Counted from the whole stretch's first letter, positions 13,701 through 27,323 are shown. The stretch: DNA of 63,242 nucleotides, filler included, from Octopus bimaculoides (GCF_001194135.2; 6 parts of 6 records of this genome joined end to end with filler, not necessarily neighbours in it), one strand, 5' to 3'. Numbers and translations are program-made. The notes: a model not told the origin generated them from the sequence alone.

Positions 13701-14945
13701 ACCTCATTCTCATCACATTTACTTTCATAGGTAGGATTATTTTCAATTATTGTTGTTCGCTAAAATCAGTGAAGCGATCGAAATAAAAAAAAATGTTCTT
13801 TGGTATTTCATTACGTCACTTGACGTTTCTTCTTTTCAATTATCNNNNNNNNNNNNNNNNNNNNNNNNNNNNNNNNNNNNNNNNNNNNNNNNNNNNNNNN
13901 NNNNNNNNNNNNNNNNNNNNNNNNNNNNNNNNNNNNNNNNNNNNNNNNNNNNNNNNNNNNNNNNNNNNNNNNNNNNNNNNNNNNNNNNNNNNNNNNNNNN
14001 NNNNNNNNNNNNNNNNNNNNNNNNNNNNNNNNNNNNNNNNNNNNNNNNNNNNNNNNNNNNNNNNNNNNNNNNNNNNNNNNNNNNNNNNNNNNNNNNNNNN
14101 NNNNNNNNNNNNNNNNNNNNNNNNNNNNNNNNNNNNNNNNNNNNNNNNCTGGGGTTTTAATCAACTTTTTCCGTTACAAACTTTGGTAAACTGTGCTAAA
14201 GTTAGAAATCGCTAATACGATTATTTAAGGCGGCTAACTGGCAGAATCGTTAGCACGCCGAGCAAAATGCTTGATAAAATAATTATCAGTCTTGCTAGTC
14301 TGTATCAAAATTTAAAACCATTATTACGATAATTAAAGGTTTCGAACTGGCAGAATCGTTAGCACGCCGGGAAGAATGCGTAGCAGCATTTCGTCTGTCT
14401 TTACGTTCTGAGTTCAAATTCCGCCGAGGTCGATTTTGCCTTTTATCCTTTTGGATAGACATACATCCAATCCCTAGACATACATACAATTTGGCAGCTG
14501 TAATTTCTGGTGCCTGAGGGAAACACACACGCCTGCGTGCGCGTGCGCACGTGTCATGTTCGGCTCACATTCATATCATTTGTCACCCGTTTTTATGGAA
14601 AATGTCGGCATATATTGCCTTATGGATATAGATGCCGAGTTGGCTTCATCTGTGGGTGGGCGTACACGAATAATGCAAAGAATGAGTACCCAGAAATGAT
14701 GTGAATTTCTTCATTGTTCTGATTGCATAACTTGTACTTCAGTATTTCCTCTTTGCCTGTGTGTTTGTTTACATGTTTCTTTCTTTTCTTCTTTCTTTCT
14801 TCCCTTCTTTTTCTATTTCTTTCTTTTCTTCCTTCCTTCCTTCTTTCCTTCTTTCTTTCTTTCCTTCTTTTTCAATCCTTTTTCATATCCGTCGTACACG
14901 TCATCATCGTCATCAATGCTATGAAGTGCGTATGTAAATAAACAT

Positions 14946-15028
<83 letters not shown>

Positions 15029-15167
15029 TGCTTATGTATATATAAAAATGTATATATATGTATGTATGTATGTTTGTATGTATGTGTATATTTACGTATA
15101 TATGCCTGTTTATATGTATGTATTATGTATGTATGCATGTTTAAGTATGGATGCGTGTATTATAAAT

Positions 15168-15205
<38 letters not shown>

Positions 15206-15415
15206 GTATGTATGTATTTCATCATGTTGAGCCGTTAACCCTTACATCCTTCCTGTTGAAGAGCATAAACACGAAACGTCAGAGACTTTTCCATTCATTG
15301 CGAGCGTTAAAGTAATACACCCGTTTGTTGTTCCCTCATTTGTCTTCGCCTTTTGTTTTCTGTAAATCTGAACTATGTATATATATATGTATATATGTGT
15401 ATATATATATATATA

Positions 15416-15515
15416 NNNNNNNNNNNNNNNNNNNNNNNNNNNNNNNNNNNNNNNNNNNNTTAATTAATTAANNNNNNNNNNNNNNNNNNNNNNNNNNNNN
15501 NNNNNNNNNNNNNNN
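15416..15515. other. Artificial scaffold-join spacer
   Basis: 44 N + TTAATTAATTAA (15460-15471) + 44 N = 100 bp. Confidence 0.95.
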
Positions 15516-15634
15516 AATAATTTACCACAGATATCACAGTGATATGGTTTTTATCGTGCATGAAGGCATTTGTGTCTAGATAAGCATCCTGCCTGGGAGA
15601 ATAATTTACCACAGATATCACAGTGATATGGTTT
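15516..15634 (-). repeat. Near-identical 84-bp duplicates of the last zinc finger beyond the stop codon (one full, one partial, running into the gap)
   Basis: Period 84 bp (aataattt at 15516, 15600, 15684). In frame it reads [41 protein letters not shown]. Confidence 0.9.
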
Positions 15635-16156
15635 TTATTGTGCATGAAGGCATTTGTGTCTAGATAAGCATCCTGCCTGGGAGAATAATTTACCACAGAT
15701 ATCACAGTGATATGGTTTCTCTCCTGTGTGAGTACGTTTGTGCTTTTTTAAAGTACCATATTCAGCAAACGCTTTGCTACAGATGTCACACTGATATGGT
15801 TTCTCTCCTGTATGAGTACGCTTGTGTCTTGTTAAGAAATCAGTTTGTGAGAATTTTCTATCACAGATATCACAGTGATACGGTTTGTCCCCAGTATGAG
15901 TACGTTTGTGCCTAGTTAAGCCACTACTTACAGAGAATGATTTACCACAGATGTCACAGTGATGGGGTTTCTCTCCGGTATGAACGCGAACATGTATTGT
16001 TAAGGCATCACTCTTTGGGAAGGATTTACCACAGACATCACAGTGATATGGCTTCTCTCCTGTGTGAATGCGTCTGTGAGTTTTGAGATCATATTTTTGA
16101 GAGAAAGTCTTGTCACAGATATCACAGGCATATGGCTTTCCTGTTACTTTTGGCAT
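15635..16156 (-). CDS. C2H2 zinc-finger protein, six tandem fingers (173 aa)
   Basis: Six C-x2-C-x12-H-x3-H motifs joined by TGEKP/TGDKP linkers, in a single open frame after the short leader MPKVTGKP. Confidence 0.9.
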   Translation of the reverse strand: MPKVTGKPYACDICDKTFSQKYDLKTHRRIHTGEKPYHCDVCGKSFPKSDALTIHVRVHTGEKPHHCDICGKSFSVSSGLTRHKRTHTGDKPYHCDICDRKFSQTDFLTRHKRTHTGEKPYQCDICSKAFAEYGTLKKHKRTHTGEKPYHCDICGKLFSQAGCLSRHKCLHAQ

Positions 16157-16730
16157 CTCTCAAGCAATTATAACAATCCTTTTAGTTTCTCACTAAATTT
16201 ATTTTTCTATGATTCTTACTTTATCACCAGAAAACATGGACATTGAGGGTGTATTTACTGTTTTTTTTCCTCATCGTCATTTAACGTCCGCTTTCCATGC
16301 TAGCATGGGTTGGACGATTTGACTGAGGACTGGTGAAACCAGATGGCTACACCAAGCTCCAATCTGATTTTCTTATATGTATATATTTTTAATCAATGAT
16401 ATTTCTCTACAATATTTCCATCAACTGAGGTCTTTGTTGCTTTATAAATAAAGATGCTGTGAATTCCTACATAAACTTACCCAAGCTTAATTAGATATAC
16501 AGAAATATCTTGAATACATTTCAGACAAGGAAGCTGAGAAATTTCCCTGTTAATCCCAGTTCAGAAGAAATGTTTTACATAGGTTTATATAAACAGGGTT
16601 ACATCTGTTCTGTATGACATCTTCCATTAACCGTGTTGTGATGATGTAACAGGAGGTAAGAATTCTTTTCTGCCAATGCCATTTGATGTTCTGAAATAAT
16701 AGAGAAACAGAATAAGATGTAGAGAATAAG

Positions 16731-16891
16731 TGGCTGTGTGGTAAGTAGCTTGCTTACCAACCACATGGTTCCGGGTTCAGTCCCACTGTGTGGCACCTTG
16801 GGCAAGTGTCTACTACTATAGCCTCAGGCCGACCAAAGCCTTGTGAGTGGATTTGGTAGACGGAAACTGAAAGAAGCCAGTCGTATATATG

Positions 16892-16937
<46 letters not shown>

Positions 16938-17125
16938 TCCCCCCCCCACCACCAACGCTTGACAACTGATGGTGGTGTGTTTACGTTCCCGTAACTTAGC
17001 AGTTCGGCAAAAAGAGACCGATAGAATAAGTACTAGGATTGCAAAGAATAAGTCCTAGGGTCGATTTTCTCGACTAAAGGCGGTGCTCCAGCATGGCCGC
17101 AGTCAAATGACTGAAATAAGTAAAA
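16731..17125 (+). mobile_element. tRNA-derived SINE family A (CORE-like domain), well-preserved copy
   Basis: A box tggctgtgtgg, B box ggttcagtccc, CORE-like ccttgggcaagt, an internal (TA)/(GT) microsatellite and the tail cagtcaaatgactgaaataagtaaaag. Confidence 0.85.
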
Positions 17126-17204
17126 GAGTATATGTGTAACAAACAAAGTAGCTAGTTAGAAAATCTCTAGCCCCAAATTGTACAATCAGGGGATACCACC
17201 GTCT

Positions 17205-17630
17205 GCCAGAAGATGGCTACACCAGGCTCCAATCTGATTTGGTAGAGTTTCTACAGCTGGATGCCCTTCCTAACGCCAACCACTCCGAGAGTGTAGTGGG
17301 TGCCTTTACGTGCCACCAGCACGAAGGCCAGTCAGGAGGTACTGGCAACGGCCACGCTCGAAATGGTGCATTTTATGTGCCTCCTGCACAGGAGCCAGTC
17401 CAGCGGTACAAGTGCCAGGAAGGCGACGTTAGTAACAGTCACGTTCAAATGGTGCTATTTACGTGCCACCAGCACGAAAGCCAGACAGCTGGTGCTGTGG
17501 CAACGATCACGCTCGGACGGTGCTCTTAGTGATTTACTGGTACTGGTGCCATCACGATTTCGCTTGCCCCAACAGGTCTTCGCAAGCCGAGTTTAGTGTT
17601 CAATGAAGACGTTGGCATGGGTGCGCAGCC
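17205..17630 (-). mobile_element. SINE-like family C (GAT-tailed repeat)
   Basis: cagctggatgcccttcctaacgccaaccactccgagagtgtagtgggtgc. The tail part lies separately at 16270-16370. Confidence 0.7.
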
Positions 17631-17842
17631 AGCAAAAGAAATTCAGTTTCTACAATACACACCTTCTAGTGAGAGAAAATCCTGGTTAAGTGACAAATCG
17701 ATCAAATTAGTAAAATTTTAATGTTTAAAACTTGTATACAAGAACAACACGCAAATAATTTGTGGGTTGGCATTAAGATTGACATAGATATGGAAATTTA
17801 AGGTTCAAGAGGGGGAAAAAAAGAGCAATTTAACTCCAATTC

Positions 17843-18053
17843 TTTTACTTGTTTCAGTCATTTGACTGTGGCCATGCTGGAGCACCGCCTTTAGTCGAGC
17901 AAATCGATCCCAGGACTTATTCTTTGCAAGCCTAGTTCTTATTCTATAGGTTTATTTTTGCCGAACCGCTAAGTTACAGGGACGTAAACACACCAGCATC
18001 AGTTGTCAAGCGATGCTGGGGGAACAAACACAGACACACAAACATATAAACAA

Positions 18054-18094
<41 letters not shown>

Positions 18095-18260
18095 ATTCCA
18101 TATACGACGGGCTTCTTCCAGTTTCCGTCTGCCAAATCCACTCACAAGGCTTTGGTCGGCCCGAGGCTATAGTAGAAGACACTTGCCCAAGGTGCCACGC
18201 AGTGGGACTGAACCCGCAACCATGTGGTTGGTAAGCAAGCAACTTACCACAGAGCCACTC
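17843..18260 (-). mobile_element. SINE family A
   Basis: Full-length reverse-complement copy. Confidence 0.85.
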
Positions 18261-19039
18261 CTGGGTCAGAGAACAATTTGCTTTTTTTTGTGACATTGAA
18301 GACTGCTAAATATCTGCTTAGTGTTTGTCATAGGAAGGGCTCCACTCATTTTTAGTTAGACATGTGACTCCGGAAAAAGGAGCAGGCAGTCTTTTGAAAT
18401 AATTAGAAATAACAGCCAAATCTTTTTTTTTTTATACCTTAATTATCTACTAACAAATTCAGAAATAATGGTTGGGAAAAAATTTTATTTTACAAAATTT
18501 CAATTACTAAATCTACAAAAATATTTGATTTGAGCAGTTCAATAAATAAATACATAAAATAAAATAAAATTGAATAACAGAATGCTAACATAACAGGAAA
18601 AGTTTTTACTTTGTCAAGAAATGCATTTTCTTATACATGTGAGATAAGTTTCCATGGGGGAAAACACGCATGTTTGTTCACAATTAAAATGACTTGCAAC
18701 AAACTCTTTCGGTACACCCACAATGATGTGGAAATTTGAGGTTCGGAGGCGGGGGAGGGGGGTGTAGTACAACTCCAATTGAAATCAATATGACATCACC
18801 ATTACATTTAGATCACTTGCTGTCCATTTGAACTTTCTCAGACACAGCAAGGTCGTGGGTCAAGCAGAAGCACATTAATTAGTCAAGTGGAAGCACATTA
18901 ATTTTGACCTGTCAAAGAGATTTTCTCACTTGCTTTGACATGAGAATTTTAGATTCAATTTCTAATCTCAGCCAGGAAGAGAAATTCAGTTTCTACGCAA
19001 CCAATTCTATGACCACCTACCTACCCATCATCTCTTGTA

Positions 19040-20010
19040 CCCTTTAAAAAGGAGGCACTGTTGCTATTCTTCTGAAATTCCAATTTCTCTATTTTGCAGA
19101 CGAAGTATCTCAGAATGTGTATCCCAAGAATAGAACTCCCTTGGACCAGAAAATATTATTGAGTCCTTGAAGACAAATGGTAGAAAATGTGTGCTTGCAC
19201 CCTGCAATGAGTTTTCAAAAGTTAAGTCATTCTCATGACGGATTCGCATGGAATTTGTAGAGAATTTCATTAATAAGTATCTATTTTTCTGGAAGTCGTA
19301 TGAAGCAACAAAGTCGGGGTAGAGGGGGCATGTGTGTGTAGGAATGTCCTATTGTATCCTAAGTTCAAAAGCTGCCATTATTTACAATTTTGATTTTGTA
19401 TTTGAAATGCTTGTAACTGTGTCTGCAGTTAAGAATGACATTAACATGAAAACAGCCATTCAGTGGCATGAGCTTTGTCGAGATGCTTGCTTAGCAAAAC
19501 TGCTGCAGGACAAAGCTCCGCTCGATGGTCCAAAGATTTATGAGAGCTTGTTCTTCAAATGGAAGAACAATGTAGGAAGAATGGGTCAGAGAACATGGGT
19601 TGTTGGATGCTATGACACTATAACTAAAAAAGGATTTCTTTGTGTACCCGATAGGAGTACAGTGACATTAGAGAATGTAATCAAAGAAAAAGTTCTTCCA
19701 GAAACTATTGTTGTTACTGACAAATGGGCAAGCTATTGCAATCTCCAAACATTCGGCTACATTCACCATACGGTGAATCATGCCCAAAATTTCGTAGATC
19801 CAGACACCAGGGCATGTACGAACCACATAGAGGCCTATTGATAGTAGATGAAAAGGCATGTAAAATATATAAGTGGTTCAAATGGGGACATGCAATGGTC
19901 ACATGTTGATGAAAGCATGTACAAACAGTTTTTACAACATAACGTTGGAAAATGAACTGCAAAATTTCAACAAATTTCTGGGACATATTGCTGAGATTTT
20001 ATCCCCAGTA
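19040..20010 (+). mobile_element. Merlin (IS1016/IS1595-like DDE) transposase remnant
   Basis: ORF 19332-19841 contains ESLFFKWKNNVGR..WVVG..VPDRSTVTLENVIKEKVLPETIVVTDKWASY..GYIHHTVNHAQNFVDPDTRACTNHIE. The C-terminus FLGHIAE continues to about 20000. Confidence 0.85.
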
Positions 20011-20457
20011 AATTCCAATGGTATGTAACGTGGAATCTTTTTGATACTATATCAAACTGAATTTTTTATTTTGTTTTTTGTTGCATTTGCATCCAATGAT
20101 GGTGACCATTACATCTTCTATTTTCAAATGCAATGTCCTCCTTGAAGCAGCATCAGGTGTGAATTTTGGATCCACCAAATATTTGGTACTTCTTTGGAAT
20201 TCCTCATCCCACCCATATCTTTTGAACCAAATTTTCAGATGCCTGTTTTCGATATTGGAGATAATGATTTTGCAAAAAAAAAGCCAAAAAAATTTCGTTT
20301 TAATTTCTCCCCACCCATCGACACACTTCTTAAAGCAATGTTAAAAATTGACTTACTTAATAATAATTTAAATAACGAAGTTAAATTGTGCATATTTATA
20401 TACCTTTTTAATCAAATTCACAGTATGTTTGTCACTAATTTCTCATGGTAACTCTTT

Positions 20458-20843
20458 TACACTTTTACTTGTTTCAATCATTTGACTGCGGTCATGCTGG
20501 AGAACCGCCTTTAGTCGAGCAAATCGACCCCAGGACTTATTCTTTGGATGCCTAGTACTTATTCTATCGGTCTCTTTTACTGAACCCCTAAGTTACGGGG
20601 ACATAAACACACCAGCATCGGTTGTCAAGCGATGTTGAGGGGACAAACACAGACATACAAACATATACATACATATATATATATATATACAACGGGCTTC
20701 TTTCAGTTTCCGTCTAGCAAATCCACTCACAAGGCTTTGGTCGGCCCGAGGCTATAGTAGAAGACACTTGCCCCAAGGTGCCACGCAGTGGGAATGAGCC
20801 CAGAACCATGTGGTTGGTAAGCAAGCTACTTACCACACAGCCA
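20458..20843 (-). mobile_element. SINE family A
   Basis: Full-length reverse-complement copy. Confidence 0.85.
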
Positions 20844-21263
20844 TTTTTTATAAAACATTTTTTTATTTATTTATGTTTATTCAAAGAAATTAGGAGAGGC
20901 GGGGGTTGAATTCCGAGTATCTTAGAAAGCATTCGATATCTCCCACCCTCCCCAGATGAATAGCATATCAAACCACCACCAGAAAAGTCGATATGGTAGA
21001 AATAACAGCTAGATGACTGTGTGCCAGGTTCGCCCTTTGTGTCTGCATGTGCGTTTGCCCATCACCGCTGCTGTGTTGTCTCTGCCGGGTCGTGGTTTCC
21101 CTCGGCCCACTGTGTGTGTTTGCCTAAACATTTTGAGGGGGAGGGCTAGTCGATTACATCAACCCCAGTGCTTGACTGGTGGTGGTACTTTATTTTACCG
21201 GGTACTACTAAAGCAGCACGGTCCCGAACGCGCAGTCGCGCTAGCTAGTCGTGAGTGGTCGAT

Positions 21264-21352
21264 CCTAACCCTAACCCTAAACACGTATTCATTTGCACAC
21301 GCGGGTTAGGGATAGGGTTAGGGATAGGGTTAGGGTTAGAGTTAGGGTTAGG
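21264..21352 (+). repeat. Telomere-type repeats: (CCCTAA)x3, a 22-bp spacer, then TTAGGG and variant repeats up to the scaffold end
   Basis: cctaaccctaaccctaa at 21264-21280 and gggttagggatagggttagggatagggttagggttagagttagggttagg at 21303-21352. Confidence 0.8.
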
Positions 21353-21452
21353 NNNNNNNNNNNNNNNNNNNNNNNNNNNNNNNNNNNNNNNNNNNNTTAA
21401 TTAATTAANNNNNNNNNNNNNNNNNNNNNNNNNNNNNNNNNNNNNNNNNNNN
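21353..21452. other. Artificial scaffold-join spacer
   Basis: 44 N + TTAATTAATTAA (21397-21408) + 44 N. Confidence 0.95.
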
Positions 21453-22438
21453 TATATATGTATGTATATACGATTCCTGTTCTGCGTATGAGCCCACTAC
21501 CACCTGGGTTTCGTCATTGCATGTATAGTTGCATGTTGATCGCAGACCAACTTAAGATGAACTGTTTTGCACAAGTATACTACACACTGACTGCTCCGGT
21601 CTTGAACTCGAACATATGATCACGTGATCGTGAGTGCAGCATCCTCATCTCTGCGCCACGCAACGTCACAAGACATTTTAAATCGCAGAAAGTTTATTTT
21701 GCTTGCAAACAAATTAAGAGGTTTTTAGATTTTATATAATGCAGAAACCTAACAACTTGACTAGTAAATTTTGAGAAACAATCATTCCCTTTTTACTGGT
21801 TTTATACAAAATTCGTCGATCCTAAAACGTGTTTATGAAGGAAACGATTATTTTCTTTTCAATATATCTAAAATAAACATTTAACAGTTGAAACGTATTC
21901 AGTAATCTTTATGGATTTAGTAATATATTTGAAACCAATGAATATTAAAAATATTGTGATATATCACCGCCGTTTAATCACAAACATTGACTGGTCCTTC
22001 AATATGTTTTGATGTTTTCCATCAAATATATAAAAGATTAAATATCAAATACAAATATTTTGTTCATCGCATTATGTCTAACACATACAATGAATATGTT
22101 GTATTAAAGGAGAATATATATTTTATTCGAATCGAACTGATTTGCGGCAGATTTTGAATTTTAAAAAATGCACAAACTTCGAATCATTTATTAACAATTT
22201 ATATTTATATAAATGTATTTGCGGTGATAGATGTAAAGCATATCGGATTCAAATAAATCTAGATAATAATAAATAATTTATTTTGCCTCTTGCAAATTAT
22301 ACAAACTAATTTTGTGCACTGCACAAAAAATAGTAGAATTTGTATGGCTATGAGATTAAGAAATCAAGTGATACTGCGTATTTTGGTCTCTCTCCTATAG
22401 GGATTTTGTGTGTATAAATGTACCTCACTCTCTTTCTC

Positions 22439-22498
<60 letters not shown>

Positions 22499-22671
22499 GA
22501 CAAGCACACAGATAGACAGAGAGATACAGAGATGCCTTTGGTTTAAAGGGCATTGAAATTATATTTTGTTACGCCTATTAAACACACCCGTCCGACAAAC
22601 TAACAACACGCACATCGTGTGTGTTCGACTTTGTATACACCGAGCTGCTTCTAATTAATATTTGAACGTAC

Positions 22672-22713
<42 letters not shown>

Positions 22714-25058
22714 TTGTGTGTGATTGTGTGTGATTGTGTGTGTGTGTATGTATATGTATAATGGCGGTGCACCAGCATGACCACAACTCATGAACTGAAA
22801 CTAGATAAAATAAAATGAAAAATATATGGTTACAGATAGATAGATAGATACATAGATAGATAGATAGATAGACAGACAGACATTGATTAATTGGGATGCT
22901 CTTACAAATATTACATGAGTTACAGAATTTAATCCTTGTGAGATGCGGTTTTCAGATTCGTTCCTAATACCATTGAAATCTCCTTTATCTTAAACTTATA
23001 CTGTAAACAAAGGAAGTGACATTTTATAAACTCGTACCAAAGTGATTTTTTGAATACTCTTCGTTTAAATACAAGACAGAAATCTAACAAAAAAACAGGC
23101 ATTCAAATGAAACAGCAACAGCACTATGAGGCTGTCATGTGGCGGTCGTTTCTTGACTGTGATATGGAGGACAATAGGTTTCTCAATTGAAGCCCGTATA
23201 ATTGTTACATCGATAACCTCTAACTTCATACGATTAATAGAACTCGCACGAAAATTTTCTCCAACTAGTATGTATCAAGGAAAATACTGATATTTTGTCT
23301 CGAGATAGACAGAGACCTGAAAGCAGACGGGCTAATGTGACGACCAAAAAGTCAGATATAGTCTATTTATGGTATATCAATTCAATTCTAGGTTATCTTT
23401 GAATTCGAATTAGACGTAGATTTTATTCTCATCAATCTTTGAAACACTAATTTATGTAACTCGATTAATTTTGAATATTACCCTGAACTACAAAAACAAT
23501 TTCGTTACGCGGCATTTGGCTTTAGGGAAAATACGTACACCACAATGCGCATTTAATTTTCCTCGCTATGATTAATATCAGAGTGGACATTTTATTTGGA
23601 ATTGATCTCTGACTTTCAAATCAACAGTTCTTAATAGTGTGTGTTCGTTATTTTGCCTTCTTGTTCTATTCCTGTAAACCAACATTAAAATGAACTTCAT
23701 TTATCCATTAAACCATCATTACAGAGAACCGAAATGCTCAGCGATAATTTCAATATACGAGTATTAGTTTTTGTATTTTTATTAGTTAAAACCAATGTGA
23801 CATTTATGTGTTGTTACTATTGTATTTGTTTGTAGAATGTGTGAAGCTCTACCGTGTTTGCGGAGAAAGCAAGTGTTTACGACATTCTCAGGGGAAATTT
23901 GAGAGTAGAATCAATGGTCCTTTTCGCTAATAAATGCTCTATTGGGTAACAGAAAGGAAAACATGTGAACAGGAGAGGCTAATATATTAGTAATCATGAA
24001 TAGGAGAAAATCATAGAATAATGGGAAAAGGATAAGAAAATGGGTGAGGTGCTAGTAACGCTGTGAACTACTAGCTACTGTGTTTTGATGATTTAGAAGA
24101 TGGTAGTGAAAAAGAAAACCCTTGTGCCTTGCAAACAACTTGCACATGCAAGTGCTACCAGTCAAGAACTCCGCATACCGGAAGCCAGCAAGTGTATGGG
24201 GTCATCAGGAGAGAATGTGCGCCGTTTTGGGTCATACGATTTCTTGCTCTGCACCAACAGAAGAGTCAGGGAACTCGAAGAAGTCCATTATTCTACGTAA
24301 CAAATGAGGTTTTATAAGCTGAGCAGGTCTGAAATGCTTTGTCTCCCTCACTGACGAGGTTCACACTTAGATGACTAGATTACATTTCAAATTATTTTCA
24401 TATGTGCGTTACATATGACAATTTACAGTTATATGGGCGCTTACACACGCTGACACACGCATAGAAGCAAACACAGAAATACACCACATAAACGGGGGGG
24501 GGGGAGAAACACATACAGATACATGATCTCAAACTTACATCTTTTCCCAAGAATCGAAAGGAAAATTAATCTAACTATTCAATGTGGATATTTACAAGTT
24601 CGTGTGTGCGTATGTGTTCATGTTTCTGAGTATATTTGTGTATGTCAGTGTTATTGTCGAGTTATAAATATGAAATTAATCTGCCAGACAAAATTCCTCT
24701 TCTATGTCCAATGTGGGATTAAGAAGACGTTATTCAGTCACTCATACTCGAATATCATCAACAGAATAGGGACAGGTTTAATTCAATCAAAAAATATCTG
24801 CTTGAAACCACAAGAGTAAACAAGACAACAGGAAGTGGCAGAAACAAGGAAAATTCCCCTTGTAGTTGAATATTATGCAAATGTTCTTTTAAATTACTTT
24901 TCATCTAATTTTCCCCAAATTTAACTGTTTTCCCTACTTACAGTTGAAACATTCTCAATGAACGAAACCGGTATTGAAATGGTTCTTATAAATTATTTTA
25001 GCATTTGCTACCTTGACATATGTATATATATATATATATGTATATAAATATATATATG

Positions 25059-25101
<43 letters not shown>

Positions 25102-26565
25102 NNNNNNNNNNNNNNNNNNNNNNNNNNNNNNNNNNNNNNNNNNNNNNNNNNNNNNNNNNNNNNNNNNNNNNNNNNNNNNNNNNNNNNNNNNNNNNNNNNN
25201 NNNNNNNNNNNNNNNNNNNNNNNNNNNNNNNNNNNNNNNNNNNNNNNNNNNNNNNNNNNNNNNNNNNNNNNNNNNNNNNNNNNNNNNNNNNNNNNNNNNN
25301 NNNNNNNNNNNNNNNNNNNNNNNNNNNNNNNNNNNNNNNNNNNNNNNNNNNNNNNNNNNNNNNNNNNNNNNNNNNNNNNNNNNNNNNNNNNNNNNNNNNN
25401 NNNNNNNNNNNNNNNNNNNNNNNNNNNNNNNNNNNNNNNNNNNNNNNNNNNNNNNNNNNNNNNNNNNNNNNNNNNNNNNNNNNNNNNNNNNNNNNNNNNN
25501 NNNNNNNNNNNNNNNTATATATATATATATATATATGAAAGTTTTTGTCAAAAATTCCTGAAAAAAGTTTTTATTTTTGAAGGGAATATTTCTGTTTTGA
25601 AAAACTTTTTTTTTTTTAATGTTGTTAAATCATTTATCAGGATGTTACTAAGCTTTCTTCGAAAGTTCGTTTGTCTTAGTGTGTGACCGCGTTAGATTAA
25701 CTCGTTTGAATGTTTAGTAACATACTGATAAAGAAAAATAAATTGCAACATTTTATTTAAAATAATGTTTTTACAAAAAAGATATCGAACATCTAGTCTT
25801 CTGAAAACAAGAGAAAGGAAAGCTACAGATCCGATCCATCAATGGAACTGTAATATTCTGTAAAACTTTCCAGAAGTTTATCATTTAAATATATATGAGC
25901 ATGACTAGATATGCGACTATATGCATGAGAATACTTACATAAAATAAAACATACAAATCTGCACATATACGTACATACATACATACATACATACACACAT
26001 ACATACATACAAAAATGCCGTCGGTGATATTGAAATTCCAATGAAGGATACCTGCACGCACACGTGCGCGCGCGCACACACATTACTTATTGCTTGTGTT
26101 AGTCATTGAACTCAGGGCATGTTGGGCCACGATCTCGAAGTAATTAGTCGAAAAAAATGACTCACGTGTTTATTCAATCGGTTTTGGTGTCAGACCGCTT
26201 GGTTACAGAGACATAAAAGAAAACCACAGGTTGTCAAGGAAATGGTCTTTGTCACTCTCCAAGGTGGTGCATAGTGGGACTAAATCTGAAAATATGTGCT
26301 TTGCAAGCGTGCCTCGTTATATTTATTAGCACTTCTGCTAATATATATATACATATACCGGTAGAAATAGGGAGAGAGAGAGAGAGAGAGAGAGAGAGGG
26401 GGAGAGAGGGAGAGAGAGAGAGAGAGGGGGATAGAGGGAGAGAGAGAGCGAGAGATGAAGAGACAAACCGGGGGAAGGCAGATAGATGGATAGACAGATA
26501 TATAGATAGAAAGATAGGTAGGTTTCATACATACATACATACATACATACATACATACATACATA

Positions 26566-26665
26566 NNNNNNNNNNNNNNNNNNNNNNNNNNNNNNNNNNN
26601 NNNNNNNNNTTAATTAATTAANNNNNNNNNNNNNNNNNNNNNNNNNNNNNNNNNNNNNNNNNNNN
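26566..26665. other. Artificial scaffold-join spacer
   Basis: 44 N + TTAATTAATTAA (26610-26621) + 44 N. Confidence 0.95.
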
Positions 26666-26698
26666 ATATATATATATATATATATTTATATATATGTG

Positions 26699-26731
<33 letters not shown>

Positions 26732-27244
26732 ATTAGAAAATATAATAAGGTACTTAGATATCTGGATGGTTGTACATTTACAGATTTTTATTAATATGTC
26801 ACATGCTTACACCTTCCCTTTCCTTATAAGTGAAAGGTTGATTGCCCCCTTAAACTTTAAGTCACTAGATAAGAAGCAAATAAAATCAGAGACAGAATTC
26901 TACCTAGAATTAATTACTAGCCTGCTAGCTTTGGCTATGTCAAGATTTTTTCTATGTATTCCTCTTTCCCACTTAAATTTTAAATGTTGTCACAATAGTA
27001 ATATGTCCATTCTGCTGAAAGTTTCAGTAAATTTTCTATATCCTTGTGCAGCTGAAGATTGCTCTGCATTTTGTTAAATAAATGGAGTAGCATGAAACGT
27101 GCGTTCTGCAATAACCTTTAAAAGCCGTGTTGCTTTTATTGATTTTTGATCACCTTGTTTTTGGAATTGTTTGGATAATACCATACTATATTCAGCTGCC
27201 TAAACTTAAGTACCACATTCAATTTTGAATCTAAATTTTTTTAT

Positions 27245-27323
<79 letters not shown>

